From positions 4,544,001 through 4,608,000 of the forward strand of contig OZ255842.1 in assembly GCA_965277805.1 (NCBI GenBank): 64,000 nucleotides of DNA, given 5' to 3'. Source of the stretch: Candidatus Lustribacter sp. (GTDB lineage: Bacteria; Vulcanimicrobiota; Vulcanimicrobiia; Vulcanimicrobiales; Vulcanimicrobiaceae). Shown piece after piece: positions 19,037 through 28,992 of the stretch; position 1 is the first letter of the stretch; each line of letters starts with the position of its first letter. The notes under the pieces are model-generated. The model made no database searches. It was given only the letters and a program-made list of their open reading frames with translations, and was not told the origin of the DNA. The translations under genes were made by a program, and so were the position numbers.

Positions 19037-19065
19037 AGTGTATCAAATCGCGGAAATCCTGTCAA
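19037..19065 (-). promoter_or_regulatory. sigma70 promoter of rpsO-pnp (TTGACA-17-TACACT, extended -10 TG)
   Basis: -35 at 19065-19060 and -10 at 19042-19037, with a 17-nt spacer. Confidence 0.8.
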
Positions 19066-19114
19066 AGCAATGTGTGTAAGGCCTTAGCCTGGTCGCGCGC
19101 GAAAACCGGAATTC

Positions 19115-19453
19115 GTGAATTCCGACACCTTCGTTCCGGTCGGCGCCGCGGCCGACATCGCACGCGGCAAGTCGGCGGTCGTCCAAGTCGATCGCACCGA
19201 AGTGGCCGTGTTCAACGCCGGCGGCACGTTCTACGCGCTCGAGAACATGTGCCCGCATCAGGGCGCATCGCTCGCCGAAGGCTGGGTCGAGGGCACCACG
19301 GTCACCTGCCCCTGGCATGCGTGGTGCTTCAACCTGACCGACGGCTCGATGACCCTCGGCGCGTGGGCCACAGTCGACGCCTACGACGTGAAGGTCGAGG
19401 ACGGCCAGGTCTCGGTGAGCCGCACCCCGCGGCCCAAACCGCCCAAGACCTAG
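19115..19453 (+). CDS. Rieske [2Fe-2S] ferredoxin (NirD/dioxygenase ferredoxin-like)
   Basis: CPHQG and CPWH Rieske ligands. Confidence 0.9.
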   Translation: MNSDTFVPVGAAADIARGKSAVVQVDRTEVAVFNAGGTFYALENMCPHQGASLAEGWVEGTTVTCPWHAWCFNLTDGSMTLGAWATVDAYDVKVEDGQVSVSRTPRPKPPKT

Positions 19454-20499
19454 CCGGCGAGCGCTCGTCGCAGACCGGCCAATGAGGCCGAACCGGTGGC
19501 GAACATCGCGATGCGCAGGCCGTCGGTCAGCGTGGCGATCAACTCGTCCACCGCTTCTCGTGAGATGCTGGCGGCTTGGAGAAACGGCAGCGCCAGGCCG
19601 CACAGGTCGGCGCCGAGCGCGACCGCGCGGGCGATGTCGACCCCGCTGCGCACGCCGCCACTGGCGATCAGCGGCACGGAGGGGAAGCGCTCGCGCAGCG
19701 CCCGCACGTTGTCGGCCGTGGGCTGACCCCAGCCCGCGAACGTCTCGGCCAAGGCCTCGCGGCGCTCATCGCCCGAGCGCTTGCCCTCGACCCGGGCCCA
19801 CGAGGTGCCGCCGGCCGCGGCCACATCGATGCCGGCGACCCCGGCGTCGAGCAACCGCGCCGCCGTCGTTACGCCGATGCCGGAGCCGACGCTCTTGGCG
19901 ATGACCGGCACCTCGAGCGCCGCGCACAGGCCGGCGATCTTCGGCAGCAGGCCGCGGAAGTCGGTGTCGCCGCCCGGCTGCAGCGCCTCCTGGAGCGGAT
20001 TCAAGTGCAGAAAGAGGCCGTCGGCGCGCAGGCCGGCCACCAGGCGTCGCACGTCGTCGACCGCGATGCCGTAGTTCAGCGAGACCGCGCCGATGTTGGC
20101 GAAGAGCACCGCTCCCGGCGCGACCCCGCGGACGTCGAAGGTCGGCAAGAGGGCCGGGTTCTCGATCAGCGCCCGCCCGCTGCCGAGGCCCATCGCGATC
20201 CCGGCAGCCCCGGCCGCCTCGGCCAGGCGCAGGTTCAGCTCGGCCGCGCGGCCGGTGCCGCCGGTCATCGACGAGATCAGGATCGGGGCGCGCAGGCGGA
20301 ACCCGAGGAAGCGCGCGGCCGGATCGACCTCGGCCAGCGCGATCTCCGGCAGCGCCTCGTGCCGCAGGCGCACGGACGACCAGCCGGCATCGAGGCTCGA
20401 AGCCACGTCGTCGTCGAGGCAGATGTCGAGGTGGCGCGCCTTGCGCGCTTCCGTCGCGTGGGTCCCGGATTGGAGCACGCCCTCGCCTTCCACAGGCAT
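19450..20499 (-). CDS. fni: Type 2 isopentenyl-diphosphate delta-isomerase (FMN-dependent)
   Basis: RKARHLDICL, ISSMTGG, GLGSGR, HLNPLQEALQPGGD, GGTSWARVE and IASGGVRSG. Confidence 0.93.
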   Translation of the reverse strand: MPVEGEGVLQSGTHATEARKARHLDICLDDDVASSLDAGWSSVRLRHEALPEIALAEVDPAARFLGFRLRAPILISSMTGGTGRAAELNLRLAEAAGAAGIAMGLGSGRALIENPALLPTFDVRGVAPGAVLFANIGAVSLNYGIAVDDVRRLVAGLRADGLFLHLNPLQEALQPGGDTDFRGLLPKIAGLCAALEVPVIAKSVGSGIGVTTAARLLDAGVAGIDVAAAGGTSWARVEGKRSGDERREALAETFAGWGQPTADNVRALRERFPSVPLIASGGVRSGVDIARAVALGADLCGLALPFLQAASISREAVDELIATLTDGLRIAMFATGSASLAGLRRALAG

Positions 20500-20529
20500 C
20501 CCGCTCGGCCTCGCCAATCCGACGCCACC

Positions 20530-21027
20530 ATGGACGCGACGTACGATGGGGCGACGGGAACGGCGGGCGGCGCGGCGTTCGGGGCTGCGCTGACGGCCCT
20601 GGCCGCGGCGGAGAAACTCGACGCCGCCGCGCTGGCGGCCAAGGCCGAGCTGCCGGCCGGCCTGGTCGGCCGCGTGCTGGCCGGGGAAGAGCGGATCGGC
20701 GTCGCCGCCATGGCGCGGTTGGCTCGCGCCCTGCGCCTGAAGGCGATCGAGTTCATGCAGAAGAGCGGCCTGCTCTCGCTCGAGGTCTACGCGATGGGCC
20801 TCGATCCGCTCTACTTTTTGCCCGACGGCCAGATCCGCTTCGACGCGCGGATCTACATGCGCGAGATCAACCCGCGCCACGCCGTTCCCGAGGGCGACAT
20901 GCTCAAGCGGAACCCGGTGCTCAAGGCCCTCCTCGAAGATACCGTCCTCGATCCGACCGGCCGCTTGGAAGTCGAACTGGCCTACTTGCTTCGCGCGGCC
21001 GTCCAGTCCACCGCGGGCACATTGTAG
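20530..21027 (+). CDS. hypothetical protein with N-terminal XRE-like HTH
   Basis: LDAAALAAKAELPAGLVGRVLAGEERIGVAAMARLARAL resembles an XRE HTH. The C-terminal domain is unrecognised. Confidence 0.6.
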   Translation: MDATYDGATGTAGGAAFGAALTALAAAEKLDAAALAAKAELPAGLVGRVLAGEERIGVAAMARLARALRLKAIEFMQKSGLLSLEVYAMGLDPLYFLPDGQIRFDARIYMREINPRHAVPEGDMLKRNPVLKALLEDTVLDPTGRLEVELAYLLRAAVQSTAGTL

Positions 21028-21062
21028 ATGGATGGGCGGCGAGTTTGAGAAATGAGGGCGCC

Positions 21063-21623
21063 ATGGAAATCGAAGGTAAGCGCGTCGCGGCATTGGTTGG
21101 CGACGGATTTGAAGAATCGGAACTGCTGGATCCGAAGCGGGCCCTCGAGGAAGCGGGCGCCGTCGTAACGATCGTCGGTGTCGACGACCGCGCGCTGCAA
21201 AAAATTCGCGGCAAAAAGGGCTTGGACGAAGGCCAGAGCGTGAAGGCTGAGGAGATCGTCGCCGATGTGACGGCCGACGATTTCGACGCGATCTTGATTC
21301 CGGGCGGCACCTCGCCGGATCACTTGCGCATGAACAAAGAAGTGCAGCGCTTCGTGCGCGAGTTCGATCTGGCGAAAAAGCCGATGTTCATCATTTGCCA
21401 CGGACCGCAGATCCTGATTTCCGCGCAGCTCGTACGCGGCCGTACCCTGACCGGGTTCGCATCGATTGCCGACGATATCCGCAATGCCGGCGGCCTCTAT
21501 CGCGATCAGCCCGTCGTCAACGACGGCAATTGGGTCACCTCGCGCAACCCGCAAGACCTGATGCTCTTCAACCGCGCGATCCTCGAAAAACTCGCATCGG
21601 CCGGAGCCGCACAGCCGGCTTAG
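21063..21623 (+). CDS. PfpI/DJ-1 family type 1 glutamine amidotransferase-like protein
   Basis: GFEESEL, FDAILIPGG, ICHGP (catalytic Cys) and VTSRNPQDL. Confidence 0.92.
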   Translation: MEIEGKRVAALVGDGFEESELLDPKRALEEAGAVVTIVGVDDRALQKIRGKKGLDEGQSVKAEEIVADVTADDFDAILIPGGTSPDHLRMNKEVQRFVREFDLAKKPMFIICHGPQILISAQLVRGRTLTGFASIADDIRNAGGLYRDQPVVNDGNWVTSRNPQDLMLFNRAILEKLASAGAAQPA

Positions 21624-22729
21624 TTCACTCGTGTGAGGCGCGGATTGGGGCGTTCGGGGCGCCCCACTTTGTGGCATTCGCGCCAGCTGCCGTGTTCCAT
21701 GATCGCCACGATGTCGGCGGTGTAATCGTAGACGCCGTTGCCGTCGAAAAACGCGCTGCCGACCGCATACGCATCGACCGGAACGCGCGCGCTCTCGAAC
21801 GCTTCGATGCGCTTGGAATTGAAGCCGCCGCTGGCCACGATCTTCACGAAGTCGAAGCCCTCGGCATCGAGCGCGTTTCGCACGTTGTGCACGAGCTGCG
21901 CGTTGACGCCGGTAGGCGGGAACGTGCCCATCTGCGGAATGATCGAGGCATCGACGAGCGTTCCCGACGTGTCGAGACGCACGCCCCACAACCGGGTACC
22001 GAGCGCGCGCGCGACCGCAAGGCTCGTGCGCACGCAGTCGTTGTCGAAGTCGACGAGCGAGATCACGTTGACCTCGGGGTCGATGTACTCAGCGAATTTT
22101 TTCGTTGCCAGTACGGTATTCCCGGCGTACGCGGCGATCAGCGCGTGCGGCACCGTGCCCATACCCCGCGAACCCCACCACTCCGCGTTCGCGTCGGTCG
22201 ACACGCCGAGCGCGCCGGAAATATACGCCGCATAGCCGTCGCCGGTTTGCACGAGATGGTGATCGAAGCGCGCCGGAAAGAACAGCACGTCCTTGCCGCC
22301 GGCCGCGTCGACGATCGCGCGCGCGTTGGTCGCGATGCGCGTGCGCCGCGAGAGCACGCCGAGATACGGCGTCTCCAAGTGTGCGAAGAGATCGTAGTCG
22401 CCTTCGATCGTCATCACGGTTTCGAACGGGCCGACGTGGTCGCCGTCGTAGAGCGCGTGCACGTCGAGCTGGTTCCAGCCGTCGCGCCAGCGCGCGCCGT
22501 CGTGCCGGCCGGTGCACAGTTTGAGGATGGCGATCGCTTCATCGATGCCGCACAGCACGGAGTTGTTGCGCTGAAAGACCTGCATCCGCACGCGCGGACG
22601 GTAATCGTCGCGCTCGAGGATCTCTCGCGCGCGATTGAAATACGTGTCCGAGTAATACCCGTCACGCATTTTCTCGACCGGCAGGTTAAAGATCGCCGGG
22701 TCGAGGCGATGCCGTCCGTTGGCAAGCAT
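21620..22729 (-). CDS. Nicotinate phosphoribosyltransferase-like protein
   Basis: GYYSDTYF, LETPYLGVL, GTVPHALIAAY, LVDFDND, GVRLDTS and KIVASGGF. Confidence 0.85.
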   Translation of the reverse strand: MLANGRHRLDPAIFNLPVEKMRDGYYSDTYFNRAREILERDDYRPRVRMQVFQRNNSVLCGIDEAIAILKLCTGRHDGARWRDGWNQLDVHALYDGDHVGPFETVMTIEGDYDLFAHLETPYLGVLSRRTRIATNARAIVDAAGGKDVLFFPARFDHHLVQTGDGYAAYISGALGVSTDANAEWWGSRGMGTVPHALIAAYAGNTVLATKKFAEYIDPEVNVISLVDFDNDCVRTSLAVARALGTRLWGVRLDTSGTLVDASIIPQMGTFPPTGVNAQLVHNVRNALDAEGFDFVKIVASGGFNSKRIEAFESARVPVDAYAVGSAFFDGNGVYDYTADIVAIMEHGSWRECHKVGRPERPNPRLTRVN

Positions 22730-22767
22730 GGGTGGCTTGTACGCAGACGTGGTATGTTTTCCTCGTC

Positions 22768-24507
22768 ATGGCCGAATCGTTGACGAACGCGGAGATCGCC
22801 GGGCGCCTCAAAGAGATCCGCACGCTCATGGAGTTCGCGGGCGAGCCGTTTTTCAAATTCATGGCCTACGAGCGCGCGGCCGAGACGATCGAAAACGCGG
22901 CCCCGCTCGGCGACGTGCTGGCCGGCGGCCGGCTTCAGGAATTGCCCGGCGTCGGAAAGACGATCGCCGCCCGCATCGCCGAGCTCTGCGAAACCGGCAC
23001 GTGCGGCTACCTCGAGGAATTGCGCGCGAAGTATCCGTCGACGCTGCTGGAGGTGCTCGGCGTCGGCGGCGTGGGCATGAAAACCGCGCAGCAGATGTTC
23101 GAGAAGCTCGGGATCGCCTCGCTCGCCGACCTCGAAAAGGCGCTGGCAGCCGACGCGCTGAGCGAAATTCCGCGGCTGGGTAAGAAGTCGATCGAAAACA
23201 TCCGGCGCGGCGTGCTGGCCTATCAGGGGCGCAGCAAACGCACCCCGCTCGGCATCGCGGCGCCGCTCGCCCGCGAGATCACGGACTACCTCGCCGCCAA
23301 CTCGCCGGCGCACGACCTCACGCCGGCCGGCAGTCTGCGCCGCAACGAACCGACCGTCGGCGACATCGACATCGTCTGCACGTCGGATGAGCCCGACGCC
23401 GTGATCGCGGCGTTCACGAAGTGGGACCGGGCCGAGGCGGTGCTCGCCGAGGGCGGCACCAAGGCCAGCATTTGGCTCGCGGGCGGACTGCAGATCGACT
23501 TACGCGTGCTGCCCGCGCACGTCTACGGCAACTTGCTGCAGCACTTCACAGGCAGCCGCGAACATAATATCCAGCTGCGCGAACTGGCCGTGCGCAAGAA
23601 CTTGCGCGTCAGCGAGAACGGTATCGTCGATCTGACCGACGGCCGGCTGATCGTCTGCCGTACCGAATCCGAGGTGTACGCCACGCTCGGCTTGATGGAG
23701 ATCCCGCCCGAAATGCGCCTGGGCGTGGGCGAAATCGAAGCGGCGCGCGACGGTACGCTGCCGCAGGTCGTGGCGCTCTCCGATCTGCGCGGCGATTTCC
23801 ACATGCACACGCGCTGGAGCGACGGCGCCGATACGCTCGAAGCGATGGTCGCGGCGGCGGCGGCCCGCGGCTACGAGTACCACTCGATCAGCGACCACTC
23901 TCCCTCCCGCGGCAGCGGGCTCGACGCCGCGCAGCTGCGCGCGCAGCGGGCCGAAGTGCGGGCGCTGGGCGAGCGCTACAACATCCGCACCCTGTGCTCG
24001 GCAGAGGTCGACATTCTCGCCGATGGCTCGCTCGACTACGACGATGCGTCGCTCGCCGAGCTGGACATCGTGGTGGCGAGCGTCCATGCAAGCTACAATC
24101 AGACGCGTGATGAGATGACCGCGCGCTTGATCCGGGCTTGCGAAAACCCGTACGTGTCGATCATCGGTCACCCCACCGGCCGCAATATCGTCCATGGTTT
24201 TCCGGGACACGATTTCGACTCGGATGCCCTGTTCGCGGCCGCCGCCCGGACCGGAACGGCACTCGAGATCGACGGTCAGCCGGCCCGGTTGGATATGCCG
24301 AGCGGCTTGGCTCGCCGGGCACGCGAGTTCGGCGTGACGTTCGCCTGCGATTCCGACGCCCATGGATCAGCCCAGCTCAGTGACGTAGCGTATGCGATTG
24401 GACAGGCCCGCCGTGCATGGATAACGCCCGCTGAGGTGCTCAACGCACGGTCCCTCGCGGGGGTACTGGCTTTTGTTAAGACGAAGCGTGGAAGCGTCCC
24501 TATATGA
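22768..24507 (+). CDS. polX: DNA polymerase X / PHP 3'-5' exonuclease
   Basis: HhH LPGVGK, GSLRR, GDIDIV (intact DxD) and HFTGSREHN. The PHP domain has HMHT, SDH, HPTGR and DSDAH. Confidence 0.95.
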   Translation: MAESLTNAEIAGRLKEIRTLMEFAGEPFFKFMAYERAAETIENAAPLGDVLAGGRLQELPGVGKTIAARIAELCETGTCGYLEELRAKYPSTLLEVLGVGGVGMKTAQQMFEKLGIASLADLEKALAADALSEIPRLGKKSIENIRRGVLAYQGRSKRTPLGIAAPLAREITDYLAANSPAHDLTPAGSLRRNEPTVGDIDIVCTSDEPDAVIAAFTKWDRAEAVLAEGGTKASIWLAGGLQIDLRVLPAHVYGNLLQHFTGSREHNIQLRELAVRKNLRVSENGIVDLTDGRLIVCRTESEVYATLGLMEIPPEMRLGVGEIEAARDGTLPQVVALSDLRGDFHMHTRWSDGADTLEAMVAAAAARGYEYHSISDHSPSRGSGLDAAQLRAQRAEVRALGERYNIRTLCSAEVDILADGSLDYDDASLAELDIVVASVHASYNQTRDEMTARLIRACENPYVSIIGHPTGRNIVHGFPGHDFDSDALFAAAARTGTALEIDGQPARLDMPSGLARRAREFGVTFACDSDAHGSAQLSDVAYAIGQARRAWITPAEVLNARSLAGVLAFVKTKRGSVPI

Positions 24508-26945
24508 AGGAACCGCCGACTCCCTCGCGCGAGGACGAGCGACTCACCGCGCTCGCGGAATATAACCTCCTCGATGCTCCATACGAGGAAGTATTTGACG
24601 CGTTCGCCTGCGTAGCGGCGAAAAGCTGCGGCACGCCGGTTGCCGTCATCGTGCTCGCCAACCGCGACCAAGTGCGGTTCAAGGCGCACTACGGCCTCAA
24701 GAACGTCGATGACACGCCGTTCCACGATTCGTTCACGTCGTACGCGCTGGAGAGCCCGGAGATCCTCGAGGTCCCCGATGCCCGGCTCGACCCGCGCTTC
24801 GCCAAGAGCAAGTACGTGACCGACAACGTCAACGTCACCGGCATGCCGAACCTGGTGTTCTTTGCCGCCGCGCCGCTGATCACGCCGGGCGGCGTTCCGA
24901 TCGGGGCGATCGCGGTCGCCGACGACAAGCCGCACACCCTCACGAATGACCAGCGTGCCGGTTTGCGCGCGATCGCCGACGTGGTGATGGATCAGTTCGA
25001 ACTGCGCCGGCGCATTTCGGCCGACCAGAGCGAAGTGAACGAGCGATTGCAGATGCTCTCGGCCGCGATGGAAGCGACCGAAGAAGCCGTCGTGATCTCG
25101 CGCATCGGTCCGACGGCCGACGACCCGGTCCAGGTGATCTACGCGAACCAAGCCTACCTGCGCAGCAAGGGCGCGACGATGGCCGACGTGATCGGCACGA
25201 ACGCGCGCCAGTTCGTCGGGCCGAAGACCGATACGGCAGTGCTCTATAAGCTGCGCGAAACGCTGTGCCGCGGCGAGGCGGCCCGGGCGGAGTTCGTCAC
25301 CTACCGGCTCGACGGCTCGCACTACTATGCCTCGGCGTCGGCGCAGCCGCTGCTCGGCGAAGACGGCAAGATCCAGCGTTACGTGCTGATGCTGCACGAC
25401 ATCACGGAGTCCGTGCTGCGCGGTGCGGAGCTCGCGATGCAGAACGAGCGCTTGACCTCGCTCACCGCCGTTGCGCGCGGCATCTTCGCGGCGCTCGAAC
25501 CGCACGCGCTGGTCGAAGCGCTGATCGGCGGCGTGCGCGAGCTGATCGGCGCCGAATCGCGTTTGCTCGTCGCGCGGCCCAACGGCGGCTTCGCGCTGAC
25601 CAAAGATCTGCTGGTACCCGACCGTGCCGCATCGGGCGGCGATGCGTTCGTCGAAGCCGCGAGCCGCAGCGAAGGCGCGCTGCTCGACGACGGCGAGCGC
25701 CGCGCGGCGATCCGCATCCCGGGTTCGCTCGGCCAAACGCGCTACATCCTCGACGTGCGCAGCGATCGCCGTCTGCACCAAGCCGACGTCTTCGCGGTCG
25801 GTCTGCTGGGTCAATATTTTGCGGTTGCCGCGCGGAACGTCGAACTCTACGGCGAACTGCAGGCGCGCCGCGCGGCGGTCGTCGAGCTCAATCAAGTCAA
25901 GAACGATCTGATCGCGATGCTCGCGCACGACTTCAAGGGCCCGCTCACCACGATCGTCGGCTTCGCCGACGTGCTCGCCGAAGACGAACGCTTCGATGAG
26001 GAATCGCGCAAGTTCCTAACGATGATCTCATCGAGCGCGATGCGACTGGCCAGCCTCGCGACCGACACGCTCGCGCTCTCGCGTTTGGAGCAGAACGAAC
26101 TCACGCTCGAACTCGAGGAGTTCGATCTGGTGGCGCTGGTGCGCGACATCGTGCGCGTGTTCAGCGTGACGCGCTCGATCGATCTGCGCACCGACCGTCC
26201 CGAACTGCGGATCGGCGGCGATCCGGGGCGCTTGCGTCAGGTCTTCGAGAACCTGATCGGCAACGCGATCAAGTACTCACCGGGCGGCGAAGCGATCGAG
26301 GTCAGCTTGCGCGCGAAGGGCCGCGGCGTCGAAGTCAGCGTACGCGATCGCGGCATCGGCATTCCCGAAGCCGACAAGGCGAAGCTGTTCGGCCGGTTTG
26401 CGCGCGCCCAAAATGCGCGCGCGCTCGGGATCAGCGGTACCGGCTTCGGACTCTATCTCACAAAGACGATCGTCGAGATGCACGGCGGCACGATCAACGT
26501 CGATTCGACCGAAGGCGAAGGGAGCACGTTTCGCACGTTCTTGCCGGCGGCCGTCGCCGCAACGCGCCCGCGGCATCGCCGTTTCATCCTCGTCGAAGCC
26601 GACGGCGATGCGAAATCGTACGTCGCGCATACGCTGCGCGATGACGGCTTCGCCGCAACGGTCGTTGCCGACGGCACCGAAATGCTCGCGACGATCGACG
26701 AACTGCAATTCGATGCCGCGATCGTCGATATCGAACGCGTCGGCATGCCGCTCGAAGAATTCGTGCGCCGCGTCGCCGGCCGCACCGCGCTGATCCGGGT
26801 CGACTCGGCCGCGGTTGACGAAACACCCGGCTGGGACGGCTACATCGTCAAGCCGTTCCTCACCAAAGACTTGCAGGCCGCGATCGAGTCCGCGATCATG
26901 CGCCACCCCAAAATGAAAGCCGAACCCTCCGTAGCTTATAGCTAG
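24504..26945 (+). CDS. Hybrid sensor histidine kinase (GAF-PAS/PAC-GAF-like-HisKA-HATPase-REC)
   Basis: GAF (EVPDARLDPRF, FFAAAPL), PAS, H-box AHDFKGPL, N-box NLIGNAIKYS, G boxes DRGIGI and GTGFGL, and a REC with VD and KPF. Confidence 0.9.
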   Translation: MKEPPTPSREDERLTALAEYNLLDAPYEEVFDAFACVAAKSCGTPVAVIVLANRDQVRFKAHYGLKNVDDTPFHDSFTSYALESPEILEVPDARLDPRFAKSKYVTDNVNVTGMPNLVFFAAAPLITPGGVPIGAIAVADDKPHTLTNDQRAGLRAIADVVMDQFELRRRISADQSEVNERLQMLSAAMEATEEAVVISRIGPTADDPVQVIYANQAYLRSKGATMADVIGTNARQFVGPKTDTAVLYKLRETLCRGEAARAEFVTYRLDGSHYYASASAQPLLGEDGKIQRYVLMLHDITESVLRGAELAMQNERLTSLTAVARGIFAALEPHALVEALIGGVRELIGAESRLLVARPNGGFALTKDLLVPDRAASGGDAFVEAASRSEGALLDDGERRAAIRIPGSLGQTRYILDVRSDRRLHQADVFAVGLLGQYFAVAARNVELYGELQARRAAVVELNQVKNDLIAMLAHDFKGPLTTIVGFADVLAEDERFDEESRKFLTMISSSAMRLASLATDTLALSRLEQNELTLELEEFDLVALVRDIVRVFSVTRSIDLRTDRPELRIGGDPGRLRQVFENLIGNAIKYSPGGEAIEVSLRAKGRGVEVSVRDRGIGIPEADKAKLFGRFARAQNARALGISGTGFGLYLTKTIVEMHGGTINVDSTEGEGSTFRTFLPAAVAATRPRHRRFILVEADGDAKSYVAHTLRDDGFAATVVADGTEMLATIDELQFDAAIVDIERVGMPLEEFVRRVAGRTALIRVDSAAVDETPGWDGYIVKPFLTKDLQAAIESAIMRHPKMKAEPSVAYS

Positions 26946-27313
26946 GGCAGGTATGGTTCGGCGACGTGCGCGGCGAGCACGATCGCGAGCAAGATGAGAA
27001 TGCCGATGTAGAACGGGCGGCGCGGAAACGTCGCTTGTCCCGTGCGCACGGCCGCGAAATACAGGTACTGCAGGTAGCCGCAGAAGCAGAGCGCGGCGAT
27101 CGCGACGACCGCCCCGCCGCGCACGTCGGCGCCGGGGCGCGGAATCCAGAGGCCGTAGACTTGTACCGCCTCGAGCATCACGAAGAGCGCGCACAGCGCC
27201 CACGGCCGAGGCCCGGAAACGGTGCGTACCACGCGCGACGTGCCGATCAGGCCATACGCCGCGAATGCGGCGAAGAGTGCGGTCCCCGCATAGCGGGCGA
27301 TCAGCTCGGTCAT
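26942..27313 (-). CDS. small hypothetical membrane protein (~4 TM)
   Basis: 123 aa from ATG 27313 with four hydrophobic segments. It fills the gap between flanking genes. Confidence 0.6.
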   Translation of the reverse strand: MTELIARYAGTALFAAFAAYGLIGTSRVVRTVSGPRPWALCALFVMLEAVQVYGLWIPRPGADVRGGAVVAIAALCFCGYLQYLYFAAVRTGQATFPRRPFYIGILILLAIVLAAHVAEPYLP

Positions 27314-27367
27314 CCGGCTGGGCTTCGGGCTGTAGGAAGCCGCTTCCGGCGAGGCGCAACGGTGCTC

Positions 27368-28975
27368 ATGAAACGCCGTTTTGCCGCGCTGCTTGCACTG
27401 GTGCTCGCGGCCACGCTCGCGCCGCCGCAGCCGGCGAGCGCGTACGTACCGCACGTGCTGAACTACGCCGATACGCTCGACATCAACACGCTCAACCCGT
27501 TCATCGCGACGTCGGGCAACATCATCACGCTCTCGGAGTTGACGGCGGCCTATTTCACGCGGCTCGATCCGAAGGGCAATCCGGTACCGGAACTCGTGAC
27601 CGTGATCCCCTCGCAGCAGAACGGCGGCATTAGCCGCGACGGCAAGACGATCACCTGGCACCTGCGCCACAACGTGAAGTGGAGCGACGGCAAGCCGTTC
27701 GACTCGAGCGACGTGACCTATACGTGGCGCGCTGCGCAAGACAAGACTAACAACCTCGCCGTGCGCGACGTCTGGGACCGGCTCGACGCGATCACGGCGC
27801 CGGATAAATACACCGTCGTCTTCAAGTTGAAGGTCCCGTACGCGACGGCGATCGTCGACTATTTCAACACGCAGAGCAATACCGCTATTCTCCCGGCGCA
27901 CATCGTCGGGCCTGGCACGAACTTCAACCAGGCGCCGTACAACTCGCTGCCGGTCGGCGCCGGCCCGTTCCGCTACACGGCGTTCAACCGCGGCGCAACG
28001 GTCGAGATGGAAGCGAATCCCTATTATTTTCGCGGCCTGCCGAAATTGCACAAGATCGTCTACAAGATGATCTCCGACGACAACACCGACATGACGCAGC
28101 TCACCACGGGCGAACTCGATCTGTGGGACACCATCAACGGCACGATGGCTGGGAGCGCCAAAGCGCTGCCGGGCAAGAGCTGGTCGACGCGCCTCAGCTT
28201 CTTCATGTCGGCAATCTTCTTCAACACGGCGCGGCCGCAGCTCAAAGATCCGGCCGTGCGGCGCGCGCTGCGCTTGGCCACGAACCGGCCCTTGATTTTC
28301 GACAAGGTCGTGTTGCGCAACGGCGTGCTGACCGAATCCGTGATTCCGCGCGATACGCACGGTTATCTCGATCTCCCGGTGACGAAGTACGATCCGAAAG
28401 CGGCCGAGGCGATGCTGGATGCGGCCGGCTGGAAGCGCGGGCCCGACGGCGTGCGCCAGAAGAACGGCCTCAAGCTCTCGCTCGAGATCGTCATTCCGAG
28501 CGGCTACGGTCCGAGCGAAACGCTCGCCAATTTACTGCAGAGCGACTACACGAAGATCGGCGTCGCGGCAACGATTCACGCCTATGCCAGCGGCCAGTTC
28601 TTCGGGCCGTACTCGGCCGGCGGCATCGTGCAGACCGGCAAGTTCGACGCGGTGCTGCACTCGCAGTCGCTCGGGCCGGTCTATAGCAACGTCAACGGCG
28701 TGCTGACCTGCAATTCGATCCCGCCCAACGGCTTCAACGAGACGCACTACTGCAACAAGCGCGTCGACCAGCTGAACGAAACCTATTTGGGATCGTACGA
28801 CCGCAGCGTGCAAGACAAAGCCTCGGCCGAGATCCAACGGATCGTCGACAACGACGCGCCGATGATCATGATGTACGAGCGCAATTTCCTGGCCGTCTAT
28901 GATAAGCGCCTAACGGGTTACCACCCCAACTTTTTCTCAAATTGGGGCGGCGACCCATGGAACATCGATATTTAA
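27368..28975 (+). CDS. Peptide/oligopeptide ABC substrate-binding protein (family 5)
   Basis: Signal peptide MKRRFAALLALVLAA, LRHNVKWSDGKPF..DV..TW, PVGAGPF and ANPYYFRG. Confidence 0.92.
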   Translation: MKRRFAALLALVLAATLAPPQPASAYVPHVLNYADTLDINTLNPFIATSGNIITLSELTAAYFTRLDPKGNPVPELVTVIPSQQNGGISRDGKTITWHLRHNVKWSDGKPFDSSDVTYTWRAAQDKTNNLAVRDVWDRLDAITAPDKYTVVFKLKVPYATAIVDYFNTQSNTAILPAHIVGPGTNFNQAPYNSLPVGAGPFRYTAFNRGATVEMEANPYYFRGLPKLHKIVYKMISDDNTDMTQLTTGELDLWDTINGTMAGSAKALPGKSWSTRLSFFMSAIFFNTARPQLKDPAVRRALRLATNRPLIFDKVVLRNGVLTESVIPRDTHGYLDLPVTKYDPKAAEAMLDAAGWKRGPDGVRQKNGLKLSLEIVIPSGYGPSETLANLLQSDYTKIGVAATIHAYASGQFFGPYSAGGIVQTGKFDAVLHSQSLGPVYSNVNGVLTCNSIPPNGFNETHYCNKRVDQLNETYLGSYDRSVQDKASAEIQRIVDNDAPMIMMYERNFLAVYDKRLTGYHPNFFSNWGGDPWNIDI

Positions 28976-28992
28976 AATGTCGGGATGACAAA

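Noticed and set aside
19450..21093. 547-aa ORF suggesting a long N-terminal fusion on fni
   Set aside because: The extension is antisense to the 20530-21027 gene, and fni homology begins near 20499.
19450..26945. Convergent genes with overlapping stops (19450-19453, 21620-21623, 26942-26945)
   Set aside because: This is a common result of genome compaction, and no further function is evident.
26942..28360. 472-aa minus-strand ORF
   Set aside because: Only the last 123 codons look like a real gene. The rest is antisense to the peptide-binding protein.
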